Source: Octopus vulgaris
Taxonomy: Eukaryota
Direction: 5' to 3'
Length of the DNA stretch: 64,000 nt
NCBI GenBank assembly: GCA_951406725.2
Contig: OX597826.1
Location: 42,904,001 to 42,968,000, forward strand
In this document: positions 36,434 to 49,795 of the stretch, one piece after another
Layout: every line of letters begins with the position of its first letter
Numbering within the stretch: position 1 is the first letter of the stretch
The notes under the pieces: model-generated
Databases searched by the model: none
What the model was told of the DNA's origin: nothing
The model's input: the letters and a program-made list of their open reading frames with translations, nothing else
Position numbers and translations under genes: made by a program

Positions 36434-39400
36434 CAAAACCAAACAAAAAAAATGGTATTTCAAAGGTATGTCTTTTATTGGTGTTTAAATGTTAACACTA
36501 GCCATTTTCAAATCAGAATTAATTTAAATCTTTTGTTACAATATTTCTAATGAAAACATTTAATATGCACATTTCAGATCATTGCATGATATATAATAGG
36601 AGATACATCTCTTACACAAGACCTTCCTCAGTTAATATATTTCAATATATATGATGGACTCTCCTGTTGAAGATGACTTATGAGTGTTCAACTTTTGCTG
36701 GTTTGTTTATAGTGGTCAAATGTATGAGCTGTAACTTAGTTTATTCCCTCGATCAAATGGATATTACCTGAACAGGTGTATGGTGTACCACACATAAGGT
36801 GTCAAAGTGATCGCAGAGCAACATGAGATGAAGTGTTTCACTTAAGAACACAACACACCACTCAGTCTAGGAATTGAAACCACGATCTCACAATCATGAG
36901 TGCAACACCCTAACCACTAGGCCATGTGTCCTCACTCACACACACACACATAAAATTTTTTTTTGGATCAGTGGATCTGAGCAGATAAAGCTATAAATAA
37001 TAATGTGCAAATATTGGGTTAAAACCCTTTGGATGAAAAACTAGTTGAAGGTTGCCTGTGGGACATGAAACCACATCTCCAGTAAACAAATCACTCAGGC
37101 AGCCTTCAACTTTTTCTGTCCAAAGAGTTTTTAGTCCAATATTTACATGCTATTATTATAGCTTAGTTTTATATGTACGTCAAGATTCATTGCTCAAAAG
37201 AAAAAAAAATTATTTCACATTCTTAAAGTTTCTAAATTCTTATGACATCAATATTAAACACACACACACATTCATTTATTGCAGAATCATAAACACACAC
37301 ATATACACACTCACATAAACTTTTTAGAACTGCAACTTAGTAACATTCTCCAAGCATTGTCTCCACAACCTTATAACATAGTATTGATATAAAAGTCGTT
37401 GTTTAAACCCTTGGCTAGCCTTCATTAAGCAGACCTATGATCAGATGCATTCCAGCCTTGGCGAGCTCAATTTTCTCTTTGCAAATCTAGGCCAAGTCAA
37501 TGCATTCCTACTGCAAGACAGTTGTGTATTACGATTCAATGGAATTCAGTTGCTATTTCTAGCAGATCAAGTGACCACATAGAAGCTCCCATCATTGACT
37601 TGATTCATATTTAAGTACGTGTAATATGTAATTATAGCAATTAGTAAATTTCGGACTTGCTGAAGCAGACATTACTTGCGGCTACCAAAATAGTTATTAT
37701 GGTCAATAAGTATTCCTTAACAAGATGTGGACAGGAAGTCAGTAAATTATAAGTGTTGTTACTGAAAGATGTGAGCCAACTCAGTTTGATTTAGCATGCA
37801 GAGGAGCCTGCTTCCTCTTCTTCATCATCATCATCATCATCATCACTTAATGTTCGTTTTCCATGCTGGCTTGGGCTGAACGTATGACAAGAGCTGACAA
37901 TTGAGAGGACAGCGCCAAGCTCCAATATCTGCCTCGGCAAGACTTTCACAGCTGGGCGGCGGCGGCGACGACGACGACCACCACCATCATCATCATCTAG
38001 CGTGTGTCTTCCATGCTGGCATGGGTTACATGGTTTGACTGGAACTGGTAAGCCAGAGAGCTGCCCTTCTTAACACCAACCAATCCGCGGAGTGTAATGG
38101 GTACATTTTAAGTGTCAGAGGCACAGGTGCCTTTTATGTGCAACCTTCCTGAAACCAAGTGCTTCACGGAGAGTACCAAGTACTTCTTACGTGGCACTGG
38201 CACCAGTGTGGAGGCACACTGCCTAGTGGTTAGAGCAGCGGACTCGCAGTAGAGGGATCGTGGGTTTAAATCTCAGACCGGGCGATGTGTATAAATGTAA
38301 GAAGAGTGGTGTGGATAGGCAGGTAAGCCTGCAAGGAGGGTGAGAGGCGAGTGACAGATGTGATAGTTGGATGATATCTATAATCTGTTAGTTATGCATG
38401 GGATGTAACCTACTGGTCTGACAAAAGGTACTGATAGAATAAGTACCTGGCTTATATATATATATATAAAAAAAGACGTACTGGGGTCAATTCATTTGAC
38501 TAAAATTTTAAGGTGGTCCCCCAGCATGGGCACAACCAAATGAAAGAGAGTTATAAAAGTCTTGAATGCTAGGATTCATAGGAGTGATTACTTGAGCATT
38601 CCCCTGGATAGGATGCAAGTCTATTGCAGGGTTACTCATTTACAGGTGAGTGAATTGGAGCAATGAGAAATTAAGTGTTTTGCTCAGGAATACGACACAT
38701 TGCTCGATCCTGGAACTGAAACCATGATCTTGGGATCATGGGCACAACACCCTAACCACTAGGACACACGTCTTCCACAAATAAAGTGGTGCTCTGCCAT
38801 TATTGATAATAAAGCATGAAGCAAATTTAATGATCTCGAAGATGATTAAAAGATTTGGTAGTAACGACAAGAAAAAAAAACAAAACCAAAAGAAACTGGT
38901 GTAGCAATTGAGAAAGGTCGATACTATTTTGGAATTCAGAACCCCTCAAGGAAGAAGTGACTGTCAACAGATTCTTTGTGTGTTGAAGGTATTAAACCAT
39001 TATTTTTGATTCTCAATTCATGATTCTTTTTTTGTTATTGAAATTGCGAAACAAATATTTAATGTTAACGAAAAGTAAATTAAGGATATTGATGGAAAAC
39101 TTTGCATATTTAACAAGAAAATTAACCTACAACCAAACAGAATCCATGTAACATCATGTAGCAGCCTATTGGTTATGAGTTTATAACGAATGGAAACATT
39201 ATTTAATTATCTCAACTGAGATGATCTTTCAACAGAATTGACGCAATGTTCATTTGTATGGCGAAATATTAATGATTCAATTAAAAATCTTTAATATATC
39301 TTATCAGGAAATAACTGCTGTCATCTTGCATTAAACAAAGATTCAGTATTTGGCTCTTTTCACGAAATTACATTTTTTCTTGACATTAAGGACTTAAGAA

Positions 39401-39655
39401 AATGCAATTTGGAATCTGAAGATTGTTAGAGGCAGTTTTAAAACAAAATGACGTGGCTATTAAAACTATCAAGATTCTAATACAAATAATTATAAAAGTA
39501 ATTTAAGAAATATATAGAATTTTTCATAGAAACTGGTTGGAGAGACATTCTAAATGAACCCAATCAGAAACAGGCATACATTCCACAACATCAATGTAGT
39601 GTTGTTATTGGGTGGCTAAATTCAGTTTTAAGCAGAAACTTATATCTCATATTAG

Positions 39656-40913
39656 TACTCTTTTACTTGTTTCAGTCATTTGACTGTGGCCACGCTGGAG
39701 CACCGCCTTTAGTCGAGCAAATCAACCCCAGGACTTATTCTTTGTAAGCCTAGTACTTACTTATTCTATGGGTTTCTTTTGCTGAACTGCTAAGTTACGG
39801 GGACGTAAACACACCAGCATCGGTTGTCAAGCGCAATGTTGTGGGGACAAACACAGACATAAACACAACACACACACACACATATATACATATATACGAC
39901 GGGCTTCTTTCAGTTTCCGTCTACGAAATCCACTCACAAGGCTTTGGTTGGCCCAAGGCTATAGTAGAAGACACTTGCCCAAAGTGCCATGCATCACCAT
40001 TATACATACTTTATACATTAATATCAAATTATACACACACACACACACACACATATATATATGAACACTTTATTACATTAATGCAGATCAAATGCTTTAT
40101 TAGAAGACTGGATAATGATACTTTATGTGGAGTTCTAAAATTCATCAGGTAGTAATCATACATCTAAGTGTACACACATGCACATGCATGTGTGTATGTG
40201 TGAAAATGTGTACCAAGGAATCCTTTGTAATCGATTAAGACAGCTACCTGATACTGACTGGATTAATGTTGTACATTAGCCATCATAATGAAAACCCCAT
40301 GTACTAACAAAGTCCAGGCCCAACGACAAGAGAAGATAAAGAAGACTAGTAAAAAGGGTAAAATCCACTCTGTAGTTTTAACCCTTTTGTTACCAACCCG
40401 GCTGAAACTGGATCTGGCTCTGTAGTACAAATGTCTTGTTTACATAAGTCGTGAGTTAAAATCTTCCACCAAACTTTAGTCACAATTAATGTTCCTAACA
40501 CTACTCTTTACTCTTTTTCTCTTTTACTTGTTTCAGTCATTTGACTGTGGCCATGCTGGAGCACCGCCTTTAGTTGAGCAAATTGACCTCAGGAGTTATT
40601 CTTTGTAAGCCTAGTACTTATTCTATGGGTATCTTTTGCTGAACCATTAAGTTACGGGAACGTAAACACACCAGCATTGGTTGTCAAGCGATGTTGTGGG
40701 GACAAACACAGACAAACAAACGTATACACACACAAATACATAAGTATATATACATATATACAACAGACTTCTCTCAGTTTCCGTCTACCAAATCCACTCA
40801 TAAGGCCTTGGTTGGCCTGAGGCTATAGTAGAAGACACTTGCTCAAGGTGCCACGCAGTGGGAATGAATCCAGAACCATGTGGTTGGTAAGCTAGCTACT
40901 TACCACACAGCCA
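39656..40913 (-). mobile_element. Two SINE family B copies (39656-39990 and 40503-40913), the second truncating a TTAA MITE that starts at 40378
   Basis: Similarity to other copies; MITE start ttaacccttttgttac. Confidence 0.8.
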
Positions 40914-41169
40914 GGTTCACTTTGTTTTGCTGAAGACATGACAACTTCTCTCAGGCAGGTGCCACAAAAAGGATGTACCCAACACGCTCTCTAAGGTGGT
41001 GAGTAAAAAAGCAGAGAAAGCATAGAGTCAAGAGACTCTTTGATATTATTTTACTGGTGCCATAATAAACTGTACCAAGTACACTCTGTAGAGTGATTGA
41101 TGACAAAAAGGGAATCCAGCCATAGCAAACAGACTGAAAATGAAAGGAACAAATAATACTTGGTTCTCT

Positions 41170-41388
41170 TTAACCCTTTCGTTACTGAATTTATTTTGAG
41201 ATGCTCAGTGTTTCTTCCAATTATTTTAAATATAACAAAGAATTAAGTAAAATAACATCGTTATCATTAAGCTAGAGTTAGGGACGTAAATTATGACTCA
41301 GGTTTGGTGGAAGATTTTAATTCAGAACTTTTGAAAACCAGACATTTGTACTAAAGAGCCAGAGCCGGGTTGGTAACGAAAGGGTTAA
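41170..41388. mobile_element. TTAA piggyBac-like MITE with perfect TIRs
   Basis: TTAA-ccctttcgttac ... gtaacgaaaggg-TTAA. Confidence 0.88.
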
Positions 41389-42092
41389 TGGTTCTATGAG
41401 GGTAGTAGATGTGAGTAACAACTGACTTGGGCTGTGATGAACCATCTGGTTCAAACCAGCATTGAAAGCCGACCTAAAATTGATGACGGTTATATTTCTT
41501 TGATTAGACTTTTGTTACTAATAGATTTATAAAAAAAAAGTTAAGACAATGTAAAGCAGAACAAGTAAATTACCATTTATTCTTAAAAAAAAAAAAAAAA
41601 AAAAAAAAAAGTTATCAGCTTAGCAAGTATTTCTCTGACTCTTACCATAATTTGATAATCATATTAGTCCAGGACTTTGATATTCCTATTTATTTACATC
41701 TTAAACTAGCTTATATTTTATATACATCGACAGATTTTCTTTTCTTCCACTACAGTAATATCATTTGTTGTTAAGACTTACTAATACCTACTTCAGATTA
41801 GTGACAATATACACATATTTATTCACATAAATATACTGCAGCAGTGAGGTGTGCGGTCAAGTGGTTAGAGGTATTTGGCTTATGACCACAAGCTTGTGGG
41901 TTCAATTCCCTGCATAGGTCTGGTGAACTGTGTCCTTGAGCAAGGCACTTCATTTCCATTGCTCTAGTCTTCTCAACATATTGAGTACCAACTAGGTGCT
42001 GGTGCAACCCCCACTTCTCTCTCTCATCACCTGTCACTTCCTGTATGTTCTAGATGAAGGTTAGAAGGACCTTGAAACTAGATAGGTACCTA

Positions 42093-42436
42093 CAGCCATG
42101 CTGGAGCACCGCCTTTAGTCAAGCAAATCGACCCCAAGACTTATTCTTTGTAAGCCTAGTACTTATTCTATCGGTCACTTTTTGCCGAACCGCTAAGTTA
42201 TAGAGACGTAAACACACCAGCATCGGTTGTGAAGCGATGTTGGGGGGACAAACACAGACACACAAACACACATATATACGATGGGCTTCTTTCAGTTTCC
42301 GTCTACCAAATCCACTCACAAGGCTTTGGTTGGCCCGAGGCTATAGTAGAAGACACTTGCCCAAGGTGCCACGCAGTGGGACTGAACCCGGAACCATGTG
42401 GTTGGTAAGCAAGCTACTTACCACACAGCCACTCCT
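42093..42436 (-). mobile_element. SINE family B lacking the tail end
   Basis: High identity to family B. Confidence 0.85.
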
Positions 42437-43479
42437 GGAATGTAAAGAACCACAAGAAATACCACTAAGCATTTTGTCTAATGTGCTTAATGATTCTGCC
42501 AGCTTCTCACCATAGTCGAAGGAGGTGAGCCATATCTGCAGCACATGAGTGACGGCTACATACATAGCTTACAATATTATCTACAATAGATATGTTATTC
42601 CACAGATTAATAGCATTGCTCACCTTATTACCAATACAAAAATATAGAGATATACAACAACATGCAGTAGTTATCTGTGTCTCTCTTTTAATTTATTTTT
42701 TAAAAACTTGATTGTATTTGTAATTGAAAATGTTAAAGGTCTCTGAAATATACTATTAAAAAGTAACAATAACAACTACAACAAGAACAACAATAAATTC
42801 TCGGTAATTTTTTTTTTTTTTTTTCCCCAAATATTCCAAGTTTGATATCAATGAATGAGGAATTATTACAAAGCTAGTTTAAAAATCTTCTACTTCATAA
42901 CACCGAAGAATCAATAAATTACTGGAGTGTGTGATGAAGCTGCAAGTAGTAGATAATAATATTCTAAGAGAAGAACACAAGAACAGACCAAAAACAAAAA
43001 AACAAACAAAGCAAAACAAAACAATCTGTAACTATATTAGGAATACCAGAAGAAGTCTATACCAAAAATACAAAAGAACAAAAATAAAAGAAATATAAAT
43101 GGCAAATAATAAATCCAAAAATACTGAACTATATAAGCTAATCTGTGAATGACGAACTTTCTCTCTCTCTGTATGTAAGTAGTTCACACAAGAAAATTAC
43201 TAGAAATATTCCTGGCTATCAATTTTCATTCATGCCACTGATTACAACATATAAAAATGGAAACTATATGTATGTGTGTGTGTGCGACAACAAATAAATA
43301 AAATAAAAATAAATTTTTAAATTTAAGAAAAAGTTTTCTAATTTAGACAATGGTATATTTATTTTACATTAGATATTCTAAGCCAGCCATAGAATGATGT
43401 AAATAATAATAATAACAATAATAATAGTTGTTGTTGTAGTAGCTGCAGTAGTGATAATAATAATAATAATAATAATAAT

Positions 43480-43875
43480 GCATTCTAATATAGGCACAAG
43501 GCCTGAAAATTGGGGGAGGGAAATAGTCAATTACATCGACCCCAGTGTGTAACTGGTACTTATTTAATTCACCCCGAAAGGATGAAAGGCAAAGTCAAAC
43601 TCGTCGGAATTTGAACTCAGAACATAGCGACAGATGAAATACCTATTTCTTTATTACCCGCAAGGGGCTAAACATAGAGGGGACAAACAAGGACAGAAAA
43701 AGGTATTAAGTTGATTACATCAACCTCAGTGGATAACTGGTACTTAATTTATCGACCCTGAAATGATGAAAGGCAAAGTCGACCTTGGTGGAATTTGAAC
43801 TCAGAACGTAGCAACGGGCAAAATACCACTAAGCATTTCGCCCGGCGTGCTAACGATTCTGCCAGCTCGCCGCCT
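43480..43875 (-). mobile_element. SINE family A dimer (head, young body, old-type body)
   Basis: Junction aaatagGTATTTC near 43642; tail runs into a TAA array. Confidence 0.85.
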
Positions 43876-43884
43876 CAGTAATAA

Positions 43885-44240
43885 TGCCTAATAATCGATG
43901 TAGCAGCACCAGGAATTCAACATATCATGAAAGAAAGAGAAAAAGTTGATAATACGAAGACCTGAGAATTGAGATCACTAACATGTGGCAGCTACATGGC
44001 TATCCCTATTGTCATTGGGGCATTGGGTTTAATACCACCCAATCCAAAAAAACATCTGAAACCCTACAATCTAGAATGTAATGCTAAAGTTGGCATTACT
44101 TGGAACTACATGCATATTGCATAAAGCATTCTGTCTGAGGTCCTTGTGACTTGACAAACAGTGCAAACCCCCAGTAGATACAATATCTTCAATCAACAAC
44201 CTCACAATATTGTATACTGTGTGACATCTATAATAATAAT
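43885..44240 (+). mobile_element. 3' end of an R4/Dong-like RLE non-LTR retrotransposon
   Basis: CLIIDVAAPG...KEREKVD / YEDLRIEITNMWQL / IPIVIGALG...ALLGTTCILHK, a short 3' UTR, then taataataat; also preceded by taataa. Confidence 0.8.
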
Positions 44241-44636
44241 GCACTGCTTCTGTTACAAACATTTTCTGCAGAACAAGTATAAAGATCCATCTTGAAGAAA
44301 AAGAATTGTAAAATTGACCAAATGTTTCTCTTCTAATGGAAAATTGAAGTAGAAAAAAAAAAGAAAAAAGACAAGAGTGTTTTTGGTTTCAATAATAAAT
44401 TAAGATTAAGAATTTTATAGTAAAGCATAGTAAAGTTTGGAGTGAAGATAATGGCATGTGTGTGTGTTTCTTTCATAGATTTTATGTTGCGGTCCATAAA
44501 CAACCCTACTTTTCTAACAGGTAATAGAGTTTAGCAAGGCCAAGTGTTTGGAGACAGACAATAATACAATAACCAAATTAAATAACTATTATCTTCTTCC
44601 TTATATATATGTATATATATATGATGATGATGATGA

Positions 44637-44675
<39 letters not shown>

Positions 44676-47293
44676 TGTATATATATATATCTTATATTGT
44701 TTGTCTGGAATATATATATATATATATATATGATTGATTGATTGATTCTAGTTTCAGCTTATGAGCTGTGGCCATGCTGGGGCACCGCCATATATATATA
44801 TCTTACATTGTAGTTTGTTTGGCATATATATATATATACATCTTACATTGTAGTTTATTTGGCATATATATATATATACATCTTACATTGTAGTTTGTTT
44901 GGCATATATATATATATATACACACACACACAAACACACACGTAAATGTAGAACAGTAGATAATGGAATAAGGTAATCATACACACACAGACATAGACAT
45001 AAATTGTTAAGTTGGGAGTTCAATTTCTACCTACAGGTGTGGGTAAAATGCAGTGAATGAGGTTACATACATATCCCACTTCAAGTGTCTGCTTTTAAGT
45101 CTCTCCTATTAAATCATCACCGCTAGTATCAATACCAGCCCCTAAAGAGCTATTTTATGAGCAAGAACAGAAGCTGAACTTAGAATGAGATGGGGAGAGA
45201 AGTGAGAATACAATGGGAGAAACAAAGTTAAGAGTAGAGTACTAGGAGAGAGAGAGAGAGCACTATATTTGAAACTGCTTTTGGCTTATTTATTCTGTTT
45301 TCAACAATAACTTTATTCAGTTTTACTTTGACTATTCTTTTGTAGAATAGATGCAGGCGTGGCAGTGTTTAAGAATAACTTTTACTTCCTAAGCATGTGC
45401 ATTCAGGTTCAGTCTTTGGGTATCTTTTACTTATTCTTGAGCTGACCAATGTCTCGTGAATGGTCTGGTAGATGGAAACTGAAAGATGCTCATCGTTAGA
45501 TGAGACTGCATTAAAAGAACCTTGCTTCCAAACCATATGGTTTTGGGTTTAGTCCCACTGTGTGGCACCTTGGGCAAGTGCCTTTTACTGCAGCTCTGGG
45601 AGTGAATTTGGTACCAAAAATTGGCATGGCAACCCCACTGTATGGTGTTAGGAAGGGCATCCAGCCATAGAAACTAGGCCAAATCAGACTGGAACATTGT
45701 GCAGGCCTCCTGCTTGCCAGCTCTGACCAAACTGTCCAACCTATGCCAGTGTGGGAAATGGACATTAAAGAATTAATTACGATGGTGATGTGTGTGTGTG
45801 TGTGTATGTGTGTGCATGCATGTGTTTATTTACATTTGTGCTTTCTCAAAAGTCAGTGAACCACAAGTGGCGACACTATTGTCCTATATCCTAAAGGTAA
45901 AAAAAATGTTGCCTTCCTGAGTCATGTCCTGGTCTCCACGGCATGTAAATTCCCCACCTGGATGGGATGCCAGTCAGTCACAGGACTGCTCATTTTAGCC
46001 ACTCTGGGCAAGGTTGTTTATAGAAGACCAGCAGTTTCCTATGTATATCAGCCTCCCCTTTCCATGCCACTGATGTCATCCAAGGAAAAGGCAAAGGGCA
46101 ATACAACTAGGCACCAGTGACATTGCAACCCATTTCTACAGCTTAGTGAACTGGAGCAACGTGGAATAAAGTGTCTTGGTCAAGAACACAACACACAGTC
46201 TGGTCCGGGAATCAAACTCATTACCTCATGAGTGTGAGCTTGATGCTCTAACTACTGAGCCATGTGCCTTTATCCTGTCAACAAACCTTTACACATTTGG
46301 ATTAAGAGATCTCTTAATTGAAAAAAATGAAAAAAGAAGAGAACTTAGCAACATGAAGGGCATCTTGTTGTAAAACCAACACCACAATGATATATTCATC
46401 TAACCCATGCTAGCACAGAAAGATGGCTGTAAAACAGATGAACGAATTCTTCAGCAGAAGTAAAATAGATAACTGGCTACAGTAGTGAACTAACAGTAAT
46501 TAGTTGAGGAATTAAATCTACAGCAAGTATTTATTCTGTTGTGTCTCTTATTAAGACACGTTATCCCATCTTCCTTCTGTCCTTCCTTCTACAGTTCACC
46601 TAAGTTTGTTAGAGACAGATGCCAGGACTTGTGAGAAAATTACCAACAACAGTCTGGTTTTCTATTCAAGGAAAAATTTCGTCTCTCATTCATTGAAGAG
46701 TTACAGAAAAATACAGAAGAGTTACAGAAAAGGAGGAAGTAACTTTCTCAATGGAACCCGAAGTTCATGAGAGATTTAATTTTTCTATTTTCTTTTAATT
46801 CTTATTCAAAATTAGCAGTCACAAGAAGCTACACAACACTATTTGTCCATTATCATTCACACTCAAGCTATTAAGATGACTCTGAAATGAAATCTAAAGC
46901 TTTTAATATTCATCAATATTCGGATATTCCTGCACAATGTGATACGGTCGAGGACAAAAGGAAAAAAGTATCAGTAAAATAAAAAAATAAAACAAAGAGA
47001 AAGCATTAAAAAAGACCAGAGAATTCAATCTATAGTGTCATGGAAGCTATGTTTTGAACACAGCATTTAAATATGAATTTGAGTTAGTGTAGTATTTTGT
47101 TTATATCTTATTATCACTGGGGTATTTATTTCTTTATGGAGAATGTTTTGTAGTGTTTTTGTATTGGAGGGGATTATATAATTGTGGACAGTGGGACATA
47201 GGGGACAGAGAAATAGTTTAGATTGATTATGAGAAAGAGAAAAGGAGGGAGATGGGGAGATAGATAATGGTAGAGGTCAGGTGAGATAGATGA

Positions 47294-47328
<35 letters not shown>

Positions 47329-48398
47329 TAAAGAGATAGAGAAAGTAGATGGAAAAAGAGAAAGCAATGTTGAAGAGAGGGCAAAAGCAATACAATAAGT
47401 TGAGAGAGAAAGGAAGCAAGAGGAGGGGAGAGAGAAGGGAGAAAGTAGAGGGTGTGAGACAGGTACATAAGTGAAGGGGAGTGAGAAAGAAGAGGAAGGT
47501 GAGCAAGAACAGGGAGAGAAAGAATGGGATGAAGAGAAAAAGTTAAAGAGAGATGGTGAGAGAGAGAGAGATACAGTCACAGAGAGAAGAGAACTGGGAG
47601 AAGAGAGAATTATTAGTTGCCATGATATTGGGAACCAGTTAAAAACATCAATATATCAATATCAAATAAAGTTGACAAGCAAGTAACCAGAAGTCTTTGA
47701 TATAAGAATACATGCCAGCAATTTGAAGTTTCTTCTTAAACAGGGGGAACAAGTAAAAAAAAAAAGTAAAAACAAAAAAATAAAAATTCAAATCAAATCA
47801 AACCAACTTATTTCGATTCTGTAGCAGAAATGGAGAAAAAAAAATATAAATAAAAAAAAAAAATCTCTAAAAATTGGTTTACATGGAATCGGTGATTAAT
47901 TTATATTGGTTGAGGGAAAATAATTTTGAGATTTGTAAAAGAAATGTTAGAAAGCTGGTTGGAGGTTTTCAATACTAATACAGATAAATTTGAGCTACAA
48001 TAGAAATATTGGGAAAGCAAGAACAGACAGCTAATATTGGTATACACATAGGAATGGTCATACAGTTAATAAGTTCACTTTGGTACTACAGGGCTTAAGT
48101 TTCATTCACACTGCATGATACTGTTGTTGGCTGGTATCGGTCTAGAATAGCTATAGGTTGACCATTGTCTTGCTGCCACAGTGGCACCAGCATCCCATCT
48201 GGACATGTTGACTTAAAAATGAAGAAAATAGTTTGTGTTGCTTTGGTAGCATTAATACCATGTCATCTGAGCTGACTAATAGAGGTCTAAACACTTAGAA
48301 GGCATCTTGAATTTGTCACAAACTCTACACTCTGATCCTGAACATTTCATGAGACAAACATGTCATTAACTTTTGGAGCTGAGTCAAACTGTTTGTTA

Positions 48399-48627
48399 TT
48401 AACCCTTTTGTTACTAACCCGGCTGAAACTGGCTCTTGTATCTGAGTACAAATGTCTTGTTTACATGAGTTTTGAATTAAAATCTTCCACCAAACCCTAG
48501 TCACAATTTATGTTCCTAACACTAGTTGAATGATAACAAAGTTATTTTACTAAATTCTTTGTTATATTTAAAGTAATTAAAAGAAACACAGAGCATCTCA
48601 AAATAAATACGGTAATGAAAAGGTTAA
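48399..48627. mobile_element. TTAA piggyBac-like MITE
   Basis: ttaacccttttgttac...gtaatgaaaaggttaa; inverse orientation to the 41170 copy. Confidence 0.82.
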
Positions 48628-48714
48628 ACATATTTAACACCAACTAAATGTGTTCAGTACTACTTTCTTTCCTTTGTTCACTCAGTTGTATGTGTGTGTG
48701 CGTGTGTGTGTATG

Positions 48715-49157
48715 TCATCATCATCTTCATCATCATCATTTAGAATCTGTTTTCCATGCTGGCATGGGTTAGATGGTTTGACAGGAACTGCTAAGCCAGA
48801 GAGCTGTATCAGGCTCCAGTCTGATTTGGTTTGATTTCCATGGTTGGATGCCTTTCCTAATGTCAACAACTCCAACAGTCTAGTGGGTGCCTTTTACGTG
48901 TCACTGGCAAGGCTGCCTTGTATGTGTCACTGGCATTTGTCATGACTACAATTTCACTTGGCTTGACGTGTCTTCTCAAGTACAGCAAATCGCCAAAAGA
49001 CTTGGTCCCTTGTCATCACCTCCATGAAACTCAACATCTGAAGATCATGCTTCACCATCTCATCTTATGTCTTCCTGGATCTACCTCTTCCACAGGTTCC
49101 CTCCACAGTTAGAGATCAGCACTTTACATAGCTGTCCTTGTCCATATGCATCATATG
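48715..49157 (-). mobile_element. RTE LINE 3' fragment
   Basis: Translation ...LTVEGTCGRGRSRKT*DEMVKHDLQML...FWRFAVLEKTRQAK* followed by the family C UTR and (GAT)n. Confidence 0.8.
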
Positions 49158-49795
49158 AGTAGACCCCAGGAAGATGTGGAATGAAGTGGTGAGAAAGGAT
49201 CTTCGGACACTGGGCCTCAATGAGGAAATGACAAAGGACTGGGAAATGTGGCAAAGGACTGGGAATTGCTGTACTTAATAAGACACAGCGAGCTGAGTAA
49301 AATCACTGACTGCCACTCATACAGGCCTTGTCCTTTCAGGTGTCAGTGTCACTTAAAAACCACCTGTGTCAGAGCTGCATTAATGCACCCATGACGATGG
49401 CATGTAAAAAGCACCCAGCACACACTGTTAAGTGGTTCTTGTTGTTCTTTTTGTTAAGCAACATGACGGGTAAGGGTGATTAGGTGATGGGCTAGGGCTT
49501 AGGGGCAGGAGACCCCAGACCTTGGAGAAAAAAAAACTTTGGTCATCTTGTTGTAGTCGAGGGCTCTTCGTTTACGCCCGACACCACTGGGAGGTGGCCC
49601 TCGAAGTCGCTGGAAAGGGAGATCTCCAGGTCCAAATTCTTGAATGGCCTGTTAAGTGGTTGGCATTAGGAAGGGCATCCGGCTGTAGAAACCATACCAC
49701 AACAGACAGTTAGAGTCTGGACTGCTCCTTGGTAGCCAGCTCCATATCAAACTGTCCAACCCATGCCAGAATGGAAAACACACATTAAACAATGT
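49158..49795 (+). mobile_element. RTE LINE 3' fragment, head-to-head with the previous one, carrying a 211 bp insertion
   Basis: PRKMWNEVVRKDLRTLGLNEEMTKDWEMW followed by the family C UTR. Confidence 0.75.

Noticed and set aside
47174-47686. ORFs in the purine-rich tract
   Set aside because: Low-complexity GA-rich sequence with no domain signal.
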